This document shows, piece after piece, positions 17,570 to 25,449 of a stretch of 27,459 bases of DNA (the stretch's first letter is position 1; the number at the start of each line of letters is the position of its first letter). Location: positions 1-27,459 of the forward strand of contig CAZACG010000002.1 of the NCBI GenBank assembly GCA_964483645.1. Reading direction: 5' to 3'. The notes beneath the pieces were generated by a model. The model worked only from the letters and a program-made list of their open reading frames with translations. It did no database searches and was not told the DNA's origin. The stretch comes from an uncultured Oscillospiraceae bacterium. Its GTDB lineage: Bacteria > Bacillota > Clostridia > Christensenellales > Aristaeellaceae. The position numbers were made by a program, and so were the translations under genes.

Positions 17570-19417
17570 TCAGAGCGGCTTCAGCGCATCGACTTCCTGC
17601 ATCAGCAGCGTTATTTGCGCGTCCGATGGCATGTGCCAGCCGTCGCGAGGGGACAGGCTGACTGAGCTGATCTGCGGGCCGTCCGGCATGGACGAGCGCT
17701 TGAACTGCTGAGTGAAGAAGCGGCGAATGAAGACGGTCAACGCCGCATGGATCGTCGCTTTGTCATATTGCCCGTTAAAGGCGATGCAGGAAAGCGCAAA
17801 GAGCTTTGAAGGCGACGCGCCGCTGTCCATCATATGATAGAGAAAGAAATCATGCAACTCATATGCGCCGAGTGTATCCTCGGTGCGCTGACTCAGCTCG
17901 CCCTCTGCGCCGGGAATCAGCTCCGGCGAAATCGGGGTATTGATGATGTCCTGCGCGACGGACAGCACGTCTTCGCCCAGCTGTTTGGCGGCGCAGCGCA
18001 CGAGCGAACGCATCAGCGTCTTGGGAACGGAGCCGTTGAGGTTGTACATGCTCATCTGATCGCCGTTATATGTACACCAGCCCAGCGCAAGCTCGCTCAA
18101 ATCACCCGTACCCAGCGCGAGCGCACCGATTTTATTGGCATAATCCATCACAATCTGTGTGCGTTCGCGTGCCTGCGCATTCTCATAGCAGATATCATGC
18201 ACAGACGGGTTTTGACCGATATCCTCAAAGTGCTGCATCACAGCTGTATCAATGGGAATGGTCAGCGCTGTACAGCCAATCAGCGCCATGAGCCGGTCTG
18301 CGTTGTTTCTTGTGCGGCTGCCTGTGCCGAAACCGGGCATGGTGATTCCGAGCAGATCCTTTTTGTCCCAGCCTGCACGCTCATAGGTATAGGCTGCAGC
18401 GAGCAACGCAAGCGTGGAATCCAGCCCGCCGGACACGCCGAGCACGACTTTGCGGGTGCGTACCTGCTCCATACGGCGCAGCAGCGCTTGAGATTGAAGC
18501 ATGAGCGCTTCATGAAGCAGCGCATCATCCTGTGGGACAAACGGCTGCGTCTTAAGCGGGCGAAGCAGGCGATCGTCGCGGCTGGGCGGCATGTTGAAGC
18601 GCGGACAGATGACGGGCTGGGATTCTGAGGACGCAGACGGCGAGCTGCTTGTCCTGCGCAGATATCGCAGACGCGCGACATCAATATCGGCAAGCGAATA
18701 GGTCGATTCACGCGCAAAGCGCGTATTTTCCGAAAGAAGCGTTCCCGTTTCATAGATACATGCGTCGCCGGAAAAGACATGATCCGTGGTCGATTCACCC
18801 CAGCCTGCACAGGCGCAGACGATGGCGGAGCGCTTCTGTGCGCTCTGCGCCGCCCATTGCAGCCGACGGGACGACAGACTGCCCATATATGCCGCAGGCG
18901 CAGCAGGCTGCGCGAAGATCAGCGCATCGGAAGCGGAACCGATGGCGAAATCAAAATCCTCGCAGAAGAAGCGTAGATTGCCGCATGCATAAGAGGATGA
19001 ATGGATTGGAATGCTCGCGGGCGCAGTATGTGCAGGCGCAAAAACGGTGTGCAGGTGCGCATCGGAAGGATTAAACGGCACAAGACCTAACAACCTGCCC
19101 CCGCAGACGGCGGCATGGCAGGCATAGACACGGCCCTGCGCTTCAAGCGGAAGGCTGAGGACAAACGCAGCCCGAATGGGGAGCGCAAGCAGCGTATCGA
19201 GCGCTTGCAGGGCGCTTTGCAGCAGCGCATCCTGTGCAAACAGATCGCCGCAGGTGCTGCCCGTCAGGCAGAGCTCGGGAAAGACGCAGAGCGAAACGCC
19301 GCTTTGATCGGCGATTTCAAGCAGCGCGGCAATTTCGCGCGCGTTTGCATCAGGCGCGCACAGATGCACATGGGGCGAGGCGGCCATGACGCGGATCATG
19401 CCGGGAATAACGGACAT
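17570..19417 (-). CDS. nadE: Two-domain NAD+ synthetase (glutamine-dependent type architecture; glutaminase domain looks degenerate)
   Basis: Synthetase motifs SGGLDST, ENAQARERTQI, GTGDLSELALGW, SPEL and QQFKRS...SLSPR are intact. The nitrilase-like domain has VFPELCLTG and GESTTD. The start is placed at the second Met (19417), 7 nt from AAGGAG; the ORF track uses 19423. Confidence 0.92.
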   Translation of the reverse strand: MSVIPGMIRVMAASPHVHLCAPDANAREIAALLEIADQSGVSLCVFPELCLTGSTCGDLFAQDALLQSALQALDTLLALPIRAAFVLSLPLEAQGRVYACHAAVCGGRLLGLVPFNPSDAHLHTVFAPAHTAPASIPIHSSSYACGNLRFFCEDFDFAIGSASDALIFAQPAAPAAYMGSLSSRRLQWAAQSAQKRSAIVCACAGWGESTTDHVFSGDACIYETGTLLSENTRFARESTYSLADIDVARLRYLRRTSSSPSASSESQPVICPRFNMPPSRDDRLLRPLKTQPFVPQDDALLHEALMLQSQALLRRMEQVRTRKVVLGVSGGLDSTLALLAAAYTYERAGWDKKDLLGITMPGFGTGSRTRNNADRLMALIGCTALTIPIDTAVMQHFEDIGQNPSVHDICYENAQARERTQIVMDYANKIGALALGTGDLSELALGWCTYNGDQMSMYNLNGSVPKTLMRSLVRCAAKQLGEDVLSVAQDIINTPISPELIPGAEGELSQRTEDTLGAYELHDFFLYHMMDSGASPSKLFALSCIAFNGQYDKATIHAALTVFIRRFFTQQFKRSSMPDGPQISSVSLSPRDGWHMPSDAQITLLMQEVDALKPL

Positions 19418-19455
19418 GCCCATTCTCCTTTCGGGGACAATTGATCATTCATCCT

Positions 19456-19485
19456 TCATAATTTACCACATTTCCGTCCAAAATA
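19456..19485 (+). promoter_or_regulatory. Putative forespore (sigma-G/F-type) promoter of gpr-dacF
   Basis: TCATA (19456-19460), 18 bp, CAAAATA (19479-19485); one mismatch per element to GHATR/CATWHTA; gpr and dacF are known forespore-regulon genes. Confidence 0.45.
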
Positions 19486-19488
19486 CAA
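19460..19488 (-). promoter_or_regulatory. Putative sigma-A promoter of nadE
   Basis: On the minus strand: TTGTAT, 17 bp ending TGTGG, TAAATT. Confidence 0.55.
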
Positions 19489-19516
19489 ACGGCAGTTTGA
19501 CAACGGGAGGGAAAGA

Positions 19517-20416
19517 ATGAGAACGAAATGGACGGATCTGGCCGTAGAGGTGCACAGCGCCGAAAAGCTGCGCACGGAGAGTCTTCCAAGCGGCATTGAA
19601 CGCACAATCGTGCATATTGATACGCAGGAGGCTGCGCGTGCGTTGAGCAGACCGATGGGAACCTATGTGACGCTCAGCTGTCCGCAGACGATGACTATTG
19701 AGCTTTCCATGCGCAGAGCTCTGGCGCGGGAGCTGGGACGGACGATCACGAAGATGCTGCCGAAGAATGCGCACACTGTTTTGGTCACGGGGCTGGGTAA
19801 TCGCAGCGTGACGCCTGATGCATTGGGTCCGCGTACCGTGGAGCGCGTGCTTGTCACGCGGCATATGGAGGGCTGCCTGCCTGAGGATGTGGCGGAGCGC
19901 ATGAACAGCATCTGCACGGCTTCGCCCGGCGTGCTGGGGGTGACGGGGCTTGAGACGGCAGAGGTGCTGCGCGGCATGGTGGAGCACGTGCGCCCGGATG
20001 CGGTGATCGCCATCGACGCATTGGCTGCGCGCAGCAGCGCACGGATCTGCTCGACGATACAGATTGCGGATACGGGCATCACGCCCGGCTCCGGCGTGGG
20101 AAATCATCGAAAGGCGCTCTCGGGCGCGTCTTTGGGCGTGCCTGTGATTGCCGTGGGCGTGCCGATGGTCGTCTATGCCTCCACAATCGCCATGGATGTT
20201 CTGACGGCGTTTGACGGCATGGCGCAGGAGGATGAGGCGCGGCTGAGCGCATGCGTGGAAAGGGTGGTCTCCGAGCGGCTGGGTGAGATGATCGTAACGC
20301 CGCGCGAGGTGGACGCGCTGGTGGAGCGCATGGCCGGAATTGTGGCGGAGGGCGTCAATTTGGCGCTGCATCCGGGGCTGAGCGGACAGGAGATCGCACA
20401 GCTGATGGCTCAATAG
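19517..20416 (+). CDS. gpr: Spore germination protease (GPR endopeptidase)
   Basis: TDLAVE autoprocessing motif, GLGNRSVTPDALGP, VIAIDALAAR, IQIADTGITPGSGVGNHR, MIVTPREVD. Confidence 0.94.
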   Translation: MRTKWTDLAVEVHSAEKLRTESLPSGIERTIVHIDTQEAARALSRPMGTYVTLSCPQTMTIELSMRRALARELGRTITKMLPKNAHTVLVTGLGNRSVTPDALGPRTVERVLVTRHMEGCLPEDVAERMNSICTASPGVLGVTGLETAEVLRGMVEHVRPDAVIAIDALAARSSARICSTIQIADTGITPGSGVGNHRKALSGASLGVPVIAVGVPMVVYASTIAMDVLTAFDGMAQEDEARLSACVERVVSERLGEMIVTPREVDALVERMAGIVAEGVNLALHPGLSGQEIAQLMAQ

Positions 20417-20425
20417 GGAGGAAGA

Positions 20426-21604
20426 GTGAGAATGAAGAGAATCGCTTGGATAGGGCTGACGATGCTTGGATTGCTGATGGCGCCCGGTGCTCCGGCACAG
20501 GAGGATGAGCCGCTGGAGAGCGGAACGCCGATGACGATTTCAAGCCCCAGCGTGATCCTTGTGGAAGCGTCGACGGGACGAGTGATCTTTGAAAAGAACG
20601 CAGACGAGCAGCGCCCGGTCGCCAGCGTGACGAAGGTGATGACGATTCTTCTGACGCTGGAGGCTATTGACGAGGGGCGTATCAGCGAAAAGGACGGCGT
20701 ACTGATTTCCGATCATGCCGGAGGCATGGGCGGCAGTCAGGCGTTTTTAGACGCAGGCTCCTCCTACACTGTCTCAGAATTGCTCAAAAGCATGATTATC
20801 GCCAGCGCGAACGATTCTGCCGTGGCGCTGGCGGAGTATATCGGCGGTTCGGAGGAGGCCTTTGTGCGCAGGATGAATGAACGTGCAGCGGAGCTGGGGC
20901 TGACCCACACGCATTACGTCAACTGCACCGGGTTGCCCGCACAGGGGCATTATACCACCGCGCGCGATGTGGCGAAGCTGAGCGCGCAGTTGGATCGGCA
21001 TCCGCTGTACTATACCTTTTCTACCGTCTGGATGGACGAAATTCGGCACAGGGGCGGACGAACCACGCAGTTGACGAACACCAATCGGCTTGTGCGCTTT
21101 TATCCGGGCTGTGATGGATATAAGACGGGATCGACCAACGAGGCGCGCTATTGTATCTCGGCGACGGCGCAAAAGGAGGGCATGCGCCTGATTGCCGTGG
21201 TGCTGGGCTCGGACGCCAGTCAGACGCGCTTTGATGAAGCGAGAGCGATGCTGGAATACGGTTTTTCGGTGTATCGGCTTTTTTGCCCGGTGAAGGTCGG
21301 CGACGTGCTGAATATGAGTGTCCCTGTGCGCTTGGGCGGCAGGGATGCGGTGAGCGCCGTCAGCGGCGGAACGAGCGAGCTGCTCCTGCGAAAGGGAGAA
21401 CAGAGCGGCGTATTGCTGGAGGCTGCGCTGGTGGAGTGTGTTACCGCGCCGATTCACAGGGGCGATGTGCTGGGCGAGGTGCGTGTCATGGTCAATGGCG
21501 AGGTTGTGCAGGTACTTGACGCTGTGGCGGGCGAGGATGTGGAACTGCCGGGCATGATGCAGGCGCTCATTCGCATTCGGAATGGTTTTATGCTGTGGAA
21601 ATAG
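20426..21604 (+). CDS. dacF: D-alanyl-D-alanine carboxypeptidase, S11 family, DacF-like
   Basis: Signal peptide; SxxK (ASVTK), SxN (SAND) and KTG motifs; TNTNRLVRFYPGCDGYKTGST is typical of DacF. Start is GTG 20426 or ATG 20432. Confidence 0.85.
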   Translation: MRMKRIAWIGLTMLGLLMAPGAPAQEDEPLESGTPMTISSPSVILVEASTGRVIFEKNADEQRPVASVTKVMTILLTLEAIDEGRISEKDGVLISDHAGGMGGSQAFLDAGSSYTVSELLKSMIIASANDSAVALAEYIGGSEEAFVRRMNERAAELGLTHTHYVNCTGLPAQGHYTTARDVAKLSAQLDRHPLYYTFSTVWMDEIRHRGGRTTQLTNTNRLVRFYPGCDGYKTGSTNEARYCISATAQKEGMRLIAVVLGSDASQTRFDEARAMLEYGFSVYRLFCPVKVGDVLNMSVPVRLGGRDAVSAVSGGTSELLLRKGEQSGVLLEAALVECVTAPIHRGDVLGEVRVMVNGEVVQVLDAVAGEDVELPGMMQALIRIRNGFMLWK

Positions 21605-21607
21605 CCT

Positions 21608-21805
21608 ATACTGATCTCAGATCAAAACGAGCTATCAGCGCGAAGCGAAGAAGGGGATCTGGGGACAATATCCCCAGTCTGGGGGGTGGGGGATGAAATC
21701 CCGCATCGTACTCAATCGCGAAGCGATCTTGAAAAATCGTCATGGAGTGAAGCGAACCCTGACGGGGGGAGTTCCTCAAAGCTCAATTTGATTTGAAAAT
21801 AGTGT
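21608..21805. repeat. Non-coding MITE/REP-like element, copy B (198 bp)
   Basis: Same ordered blocks as 14868-15057; imperfect terminal inverted repeats (ATACTGATCTCAGATC vs reverse-complemented right end ACACTATTTTCAAATC); begins 3 nt after the dacF stop codon. Confidence 0.75.
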
Positions 21806-21836
21806 TAGTGAACAATCTGCCCCAAAAAAGGAAAAC

Positions 21837-21869
21837 GCCGGGCTTCCAAGGGAGGAGTGGAAGCCCGGC
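21837..21869 (-). terminator. Rho-independent terminator, probably bidirectional, between dacF and DUF3793
   Basis: GCCGGGCTTCCA / TGGAAGCCCGGC 12-bp perfect stem; T-rich tail on the minus strand and TTT on the plus strand. Confidence 0.85.
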
Positions 21870-21898
21870 TTTCCGTTAAGGGGGAGAGATGGAAAGGC

Positions 21899-22453
21899 TT
21901 ATTGCTTGACGGTCAGCTGCTCAAGAGATCGTCCTGCAACATACAGTCGCTTGTAGACCTCGGTACACTTGTTGTACTTGGCAAAGAGCTTGCGTGCGCC
22001 GCATTCATCCGTATAGGCCTTCCAATGACCGCAGCAAAGGCAGTTTCGTCCTTTGTTTTCAATGAATGCGATCACATCGGGTAACGGATAGCCCAGAAAG
22101 AGACCGACTTCGTGCGGAAAGCCGTCGCTTTCAGACAGGCGCGAGCACAGCGTATCCAGCGCGTCCTGCGGCTCAAGACAGGAATAGCCCTGTTTTTTGA
22201 GGAAGGACGCAATGTCGGGATCGCACAAAATGCGTTCAAGGTGCGTTCCGCGATAGAGATAGCATAGCGCGCGGCCGTTTTCGGCGGGAATGATGCGCAG
22301 GGACAGCCCTTTTTGACGAAGCTGCCGGGTGAGCACGCAGGCTTGATCACAGAGCTGATTCAGACAAGGAGTGAAGAAGCTGAACAGGCTGCCAACCTTC
22401 AGGCTTGCGAGCGTGGGTGAGCAATGCTCGATCAGAGCAGGTTCCAAAGACAA
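21899..22453 (-). CDS. DUF3793 family protein
   Basis: LIEHCSPTLASLKVGSLF, LCYLYR and FPHEVGLFLGYPLPDVIAFI...CGHWKAY are family-typical; TTG start after GGAAAGGA. Confidence 0.85.
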   Translation of the reverse strand: MSLEPALIEHCSPTLASLKVGSLFSFFTPCLNQLCDQACVLTRQLRQKGLSLRIIPAENGRALCYLYRGTHLERILCDPDIASFLKKQGYSCLEPQDALDTLCSRLSESDGFPHEVGLFLGYPLPDVIAFIENKGRNCLCCGHWKAYTDECGARKLFAKYNKCTEVYKRLYVAGRSLEQLTVKQ

Positions 22454-22477
22454 GGGAACACCGTCCTTTCCAATACA

Positions 22478-22493
22478 GTTAGATTAGACTAAC
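22478..22493. promoter_or_regulatory. Palindromic operator 1, GTTAG-N6-CTAAC
   Basis: GTTAG-ATTAGA-CTAAC lies just upstream of the DUF3793 RBS; a second copy is at 22546-22563. Confidence 0.7.
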
Positions 22494-22545
22494 CTGTAGG
22501 GCAAAAAGTATGCGGCAGAGCCGCCAGGAGGAAAATTTGCTTAAA

Positions 22546-22563
22546 AGTTAGCTGTATCTAACT
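22546..22563. promoter_or_regulatory. Palindromic operator 2, AGTTAG-N6-CTAACT
   Basis: AGTTAG-CTGTAT-CTAACT lies immediately downstream of the predicted transcription start of the DUF3793 promoter. Confidence 0.7.
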
Positions 22564-22572
22564 GATGGGTTT

Positions 22573-22601
22573 ATTATACAGGTTCACAGGCTTGCTGTCA
22601 A
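22573..22601 (-). promoter_or_regulatory. Consensus sigma-A promoter of DUF3793
   Basis: Minus strand: TTGACA, 17 bp, TATAAT (perfect consensus). Confidence 0.9.
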
Positions 22602-22772
22602 GAGGATTTTGAAAGAAATGCAAAAAAGTGAGCAGTGCGCGTCTCACCGCCGAAAACAGTTTCCGTCATGAAGCTACTTCGTGCTTGCTGTACGTTGCTT
22701 TGCGCAGATTTCCTATACATTAAAAAGACTTGTACGGAACGGAAGTACCTCTTTGTGGAAGCGGCGCCCTTC

Positions 22773-22802
22773 TTGACAAGGTGGAGCGGAAAAGCGTATC
22801 AT
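22773..22802 (+). promoter_or_regulatory. Sigma-A promoter of cca
   Basis: TTGACA (22773-22778), 18 bp, TATCAT (22797-22802). Confidence 0.65.
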
Positions 22803-22828
22803 GAGCACCAGGAAAGCATGGGGGATGA

Positions 22829-24049
22829 GTGGACATGACGATGGAGAAAGGCGCTGCGCAGGTGATTGACAAACTTTGTGCAGCAGGATATAAAGCCTAT
22901 GTCGTCGGCGGGTGCGTGCGCGACAGTCTATTGGGCAAGATGCCGCAGGATTGGGACGTTTGTACGAGCGCGCTTCCGGAGCAGGTTATATCTCTCTTTG
23001 GCCAAGCGCATACCCTCCTTACGGGAATCAAGCATGGAACCGTTACCGTGCGTATGGACAACAGTTTCTATGAGGTGACCACCTTCCGAACAGAGGGCGC
23101 ATATTCGGACGGCAGGCATCCCGACCGGGTCGATTTTATTGGCGATGTACACGGGGATTTGAGCCGCAGGGATTTTACGATGAACGCCATGGCATATCAC
23201 CCGAAGGAGGGACTGATTGACCCGTTTGGCGGGCGAAAGGATCTGCTGCAGGCGCGCGTTGTGCGCGCCGTGGGCGATCCGATGAAGCGGTTTGAGGAAG
23301 ATGCGCTGCGTATTTTACGCTTGTTCCGCTTTGCGGCGCGAGAGGAGCTGTCCATTGACGAAGCGACGCTTGAAGCAGCGCTTGCGCTTGCGGACGGACT
23401 TGTACGTGTGTCCGGAGAGCGTATTCGAGAAGAGCTGATGAAGCTGCTGGGAACCAAGAATCCCGGAGACTATATGCCGCAGAAGGTCATATCCGCCTGC
23501 ATCCCTGCGCTTGGCGGTATGGAGAAACAGCAATACAGGCACATGCTGGCGCAAGTGAATGCTGCGCCGGCCGATGCGGCTTTGCGTCTTGCGCTGCTGG
23601 TGCAGGAAGAGACGAATAGCTCAGAGGCATTGAGCGCTCTCAAGCTCGATCATGAGACCTTGAGCGAGGTATCCGGGCTTGTACAGAGCCTGAATCTTGC
23701 GCCACAGCCCCATATCCGTGCGCAGGCTAGAAGGATGCTTGGAAGCATAGGGCTGCGGCAAATTGAGCGGATAACCGTTCTTCGGACGGCGCAGAGGGCT
23801 TGCGGAAGCAACAAGGAGGATCTTCTTGTGCTGCTGGCAGCTGCGCGAAAAGCGCAGGAGGAGGGCGATTGCTGCCGTCTTCGCGATTTGGCGGTGAGCG
23901 GACGGGACGTCATCGCCCTTGGCGTATCGCCCGGGCCGAAGGTCGGACGGATGCTTGAAGACATGCTTGAGGCGGTCATTGTGGACGAGGTGGAGAATAC
24001 GAGGGAAGCGCTGTTCCCATGGATGGCAGAATGGATAAAAAGAAACTGA
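22829..24049 (+). CDS. cca: CCA-adding tRNA nucleotidyltransferase (class II)
   Basis: VVGGCVRDSLLG..PQDWDVCT (DxD), TTFRTEGAYSDGRHP flexible loop, DLSRRDFTMNAMA, GDPMKRFEEDALRILR, LAVSGRDV. Start is ambiguous among 22829, 22835 and 22841. Confidence 0.9.
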   Translation: MDMTMEKGAAQVIDKLCAAGYKAYVVGGCVRDSLLGKMPQDWDVCTSALPEQVISLFGQAHTLLTGIKHGTVTVRMDNSFYEVTTFRTEGAYSDGRHPDRVDFIGDVHGDLSRRDFTMNAMAYHPKEGLIDPFGGRKDLLQARVVRAVGDPMKRFEEDALRILRLFRFAAREELSIDEATLEAALALADGLVRVSGERIREELMKLLGTKNPGDYMPQKVISACIPALGGMEKQQYRHMLAQVNAAPADAALRLALLVQEETNSSEALSALKLDHETLSEVSGLVQSLNLAPQPHIRAQARRMLGSIGLRQIERITVLRTAQRACGSNKEDLLVLLAAARKAQEEGDCCRLRDLAVSGRDVIALGVSPGPKVGRMLEDMLEAVIVDEVENTREALFPWMAEWIKRN

Positions 24050-24113
24050 CAATCGGCATGCGCAGAGCATGCTTAATGGTTTCTCGCGCAGGAAAGCACT
24101 ATGGGTATGAGGA

Positions 24114-24686
24114 TCATAGCCTGATGATTTTCATGCTCTCTGCGTCGCGCTCGTCATGCGTGACCAGAAGAAGAAGCTTATCCTGCGCACATTCTTTGAC
24201 CAGAGAGAGCATTCGCGCGTGCGTCTCCTCGTCGAGCGCACGGAAGGGCTCGTCCAGCAGCAAAATGGGCGCGTCATAAGCCAGTGCACGGGCGAGCGCG
24301 GCACGCCGCTTCATGCCGCCTGAAAGCTCCGAGGGGTAGGCGTTTCCCTCGCCGTCAAGCCCTACGCGTGCGAGCCATTGATCGGCAAGGACATATGCTT
24401 CCTTCTTGGGCAGATGAGGAAGCGCCAATTCGATGTTTTTGCGTACCGTGAACCATGGAAGGAGGCGATCCTCTTGGAAGCAGAAGGCGATTCGAGGATT
24501 GCCGTCCATGCGGATTTCGCCGGACACCGGCGTTTCAAGCCCCGCAATCAGGCGCAGCAGCGTCGTCTTTCCGCGCCCGGAGGGGCCGAGCAGCGCATAA
24601 TGCTCGGGAAAATCAAGACGCAGAGAGAGTTGGTTCAGCACCGACTTGTCGCCGTAGGCCATTTGGACGTTTGTAAGCTCAATCAT
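24114..24686 (-). CDS. ABC transporter ATP-binding protein (NitT/TauT, SsuB-like)
   Basis: GPSGRGKTT, FQEDRLLPW, LSGGMKRR, LLLDEPF, VTHD; 190 aa. Confidence 0.9.
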   Translation of the reverse strand: MIELTNVQMAYGDKSVLNQLSLRLDFPEHYALLGPSGRGKTTLLRLIAGLETPVSGEIRMDGNPRIAFCFQEDRLLPWFTVRKNIELALPHLPKKEAYVLADQWLARVGLDGEGNAYPSELSGGMKRRAALARALAYDAPILLLDEPFRALDEETHARMLSLVKECAQDKLLLLVTHDERDAESMKIIRL

Positions 24687-25449
24687 GGCGCACCTCCGTC
24701 AGACGTTTGGCTGCGCGTCGAAGCAGGTTCTCAAGCAGGACGCTGAAGAGAACGACCGTGAGCGTCCATGCAAGCAGGCTGTCGGTTTCCAGATAAATCT
24801 TGGCTTCATAGAGCATGCTGCCTACGGCCAGCTTGGGCGTACCGATGACCTCAGCCGCCACAACGGCTTTCCAGCATAGACCGATAGCCGCCAGACAGCT
24901 CTGGACAAAGGACGGCAGTACGGCGGGGAGGAGCACGCATCGCAGCGTACCCAAACGGCCGAAGCGATACAGACGAGCCATTTCAAGCAGGCGAGGATCG
25001 ATCTCGCGGACGGCTTGCACAAGACTGGAATACACCACGGGCAGCGTCATTAAAAAGCCAGTCAGCATGGGAACGCGGCTGCCTGAGAGCCAGACCAGCG
25101 CGAGCACGATGAAGGAGGAAACGGGCGTGGCACGTATGGCGGAAAGCAGCGGAGCGAGCAGCGCATCCGCTAAAGCAAAGCGACAGCACAGCGCGCACAG
25201 CAGCACGGCGACGACGACGCCCAGCGCGTAAGCCGCGAGCGTGCGAAGCAGCGTCATGAGCAGCGTCAGCCAAAAGGAGGGGGCAGGTAGCAGCGAGAGC
25301 AACCGCGCAAGCACAGCGCCGGGAGAGGGCAGAAGCAGCGGCGTATTAACAGCCTGCGCAAGCAGCGACCAAACTGTCAGATAAAAGAGCAAAACGCCCG
25401 CGCGCCGGAGCAGAGCCTTGGCGCGCGGGCTGATGGTCTTAGCGGGCAT
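24679..25449 (-). CDS. ABC transporter permease (NitT/TauT, SsuC-like)
   Basis: LLLPSP, IRATPVSSF, EAA-like loop DPRLLEMARLYRFG, WKAVVAAEVIG. Start placed at MPAKT (25449), overlapping the upstream gene's stop; the ORF-track extension to 25689 lies inside that gene. Confidence 0.88.
   Translation of the reverse strand: MPAKTISPRAKALLRRAGVLLFYLTVWSLLAQAVNTPLLLPSPGAVLARLLSLLPAPSFWLTLLMTLLRTLAAYALGVVVAVLLCALCCRFALADALLAPLLSAIRATPVSSFIVLALVWLSGSRVPMLTGFLMTLPVVYSSLVQAVREIDPRLLEMARLYRFGRLGTLRCVLLPAVLPSFVQSCLAAIGLCWKAVVAAEVIGTPKLAVGSMLYEAKIYLETDSLLAWTLTVVLFSVLLENLLRRAAKRLTEVRHD

Noticed and set aside
17834-18628. 264-aa plus-strand ORF
   Set aside because: It lies wholly antisense to the conserved NadE synthetase domain.
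22829-24049. Poly(A) polymerase or CC-only enzyme reading of cca
   Set aside because: The flexible loop (FRTEGAYSDGRHP) and EDALR motif typical of full CCA-adding enzymes are present; an assay would be needed for certainty.
24050-24113. GCATGC-N5-GCATGC between the convergent cca and ABC ATPase genes
   Set aside because: Only a 6-bp stem with no U-tract; too weak to call a terminator or operator.
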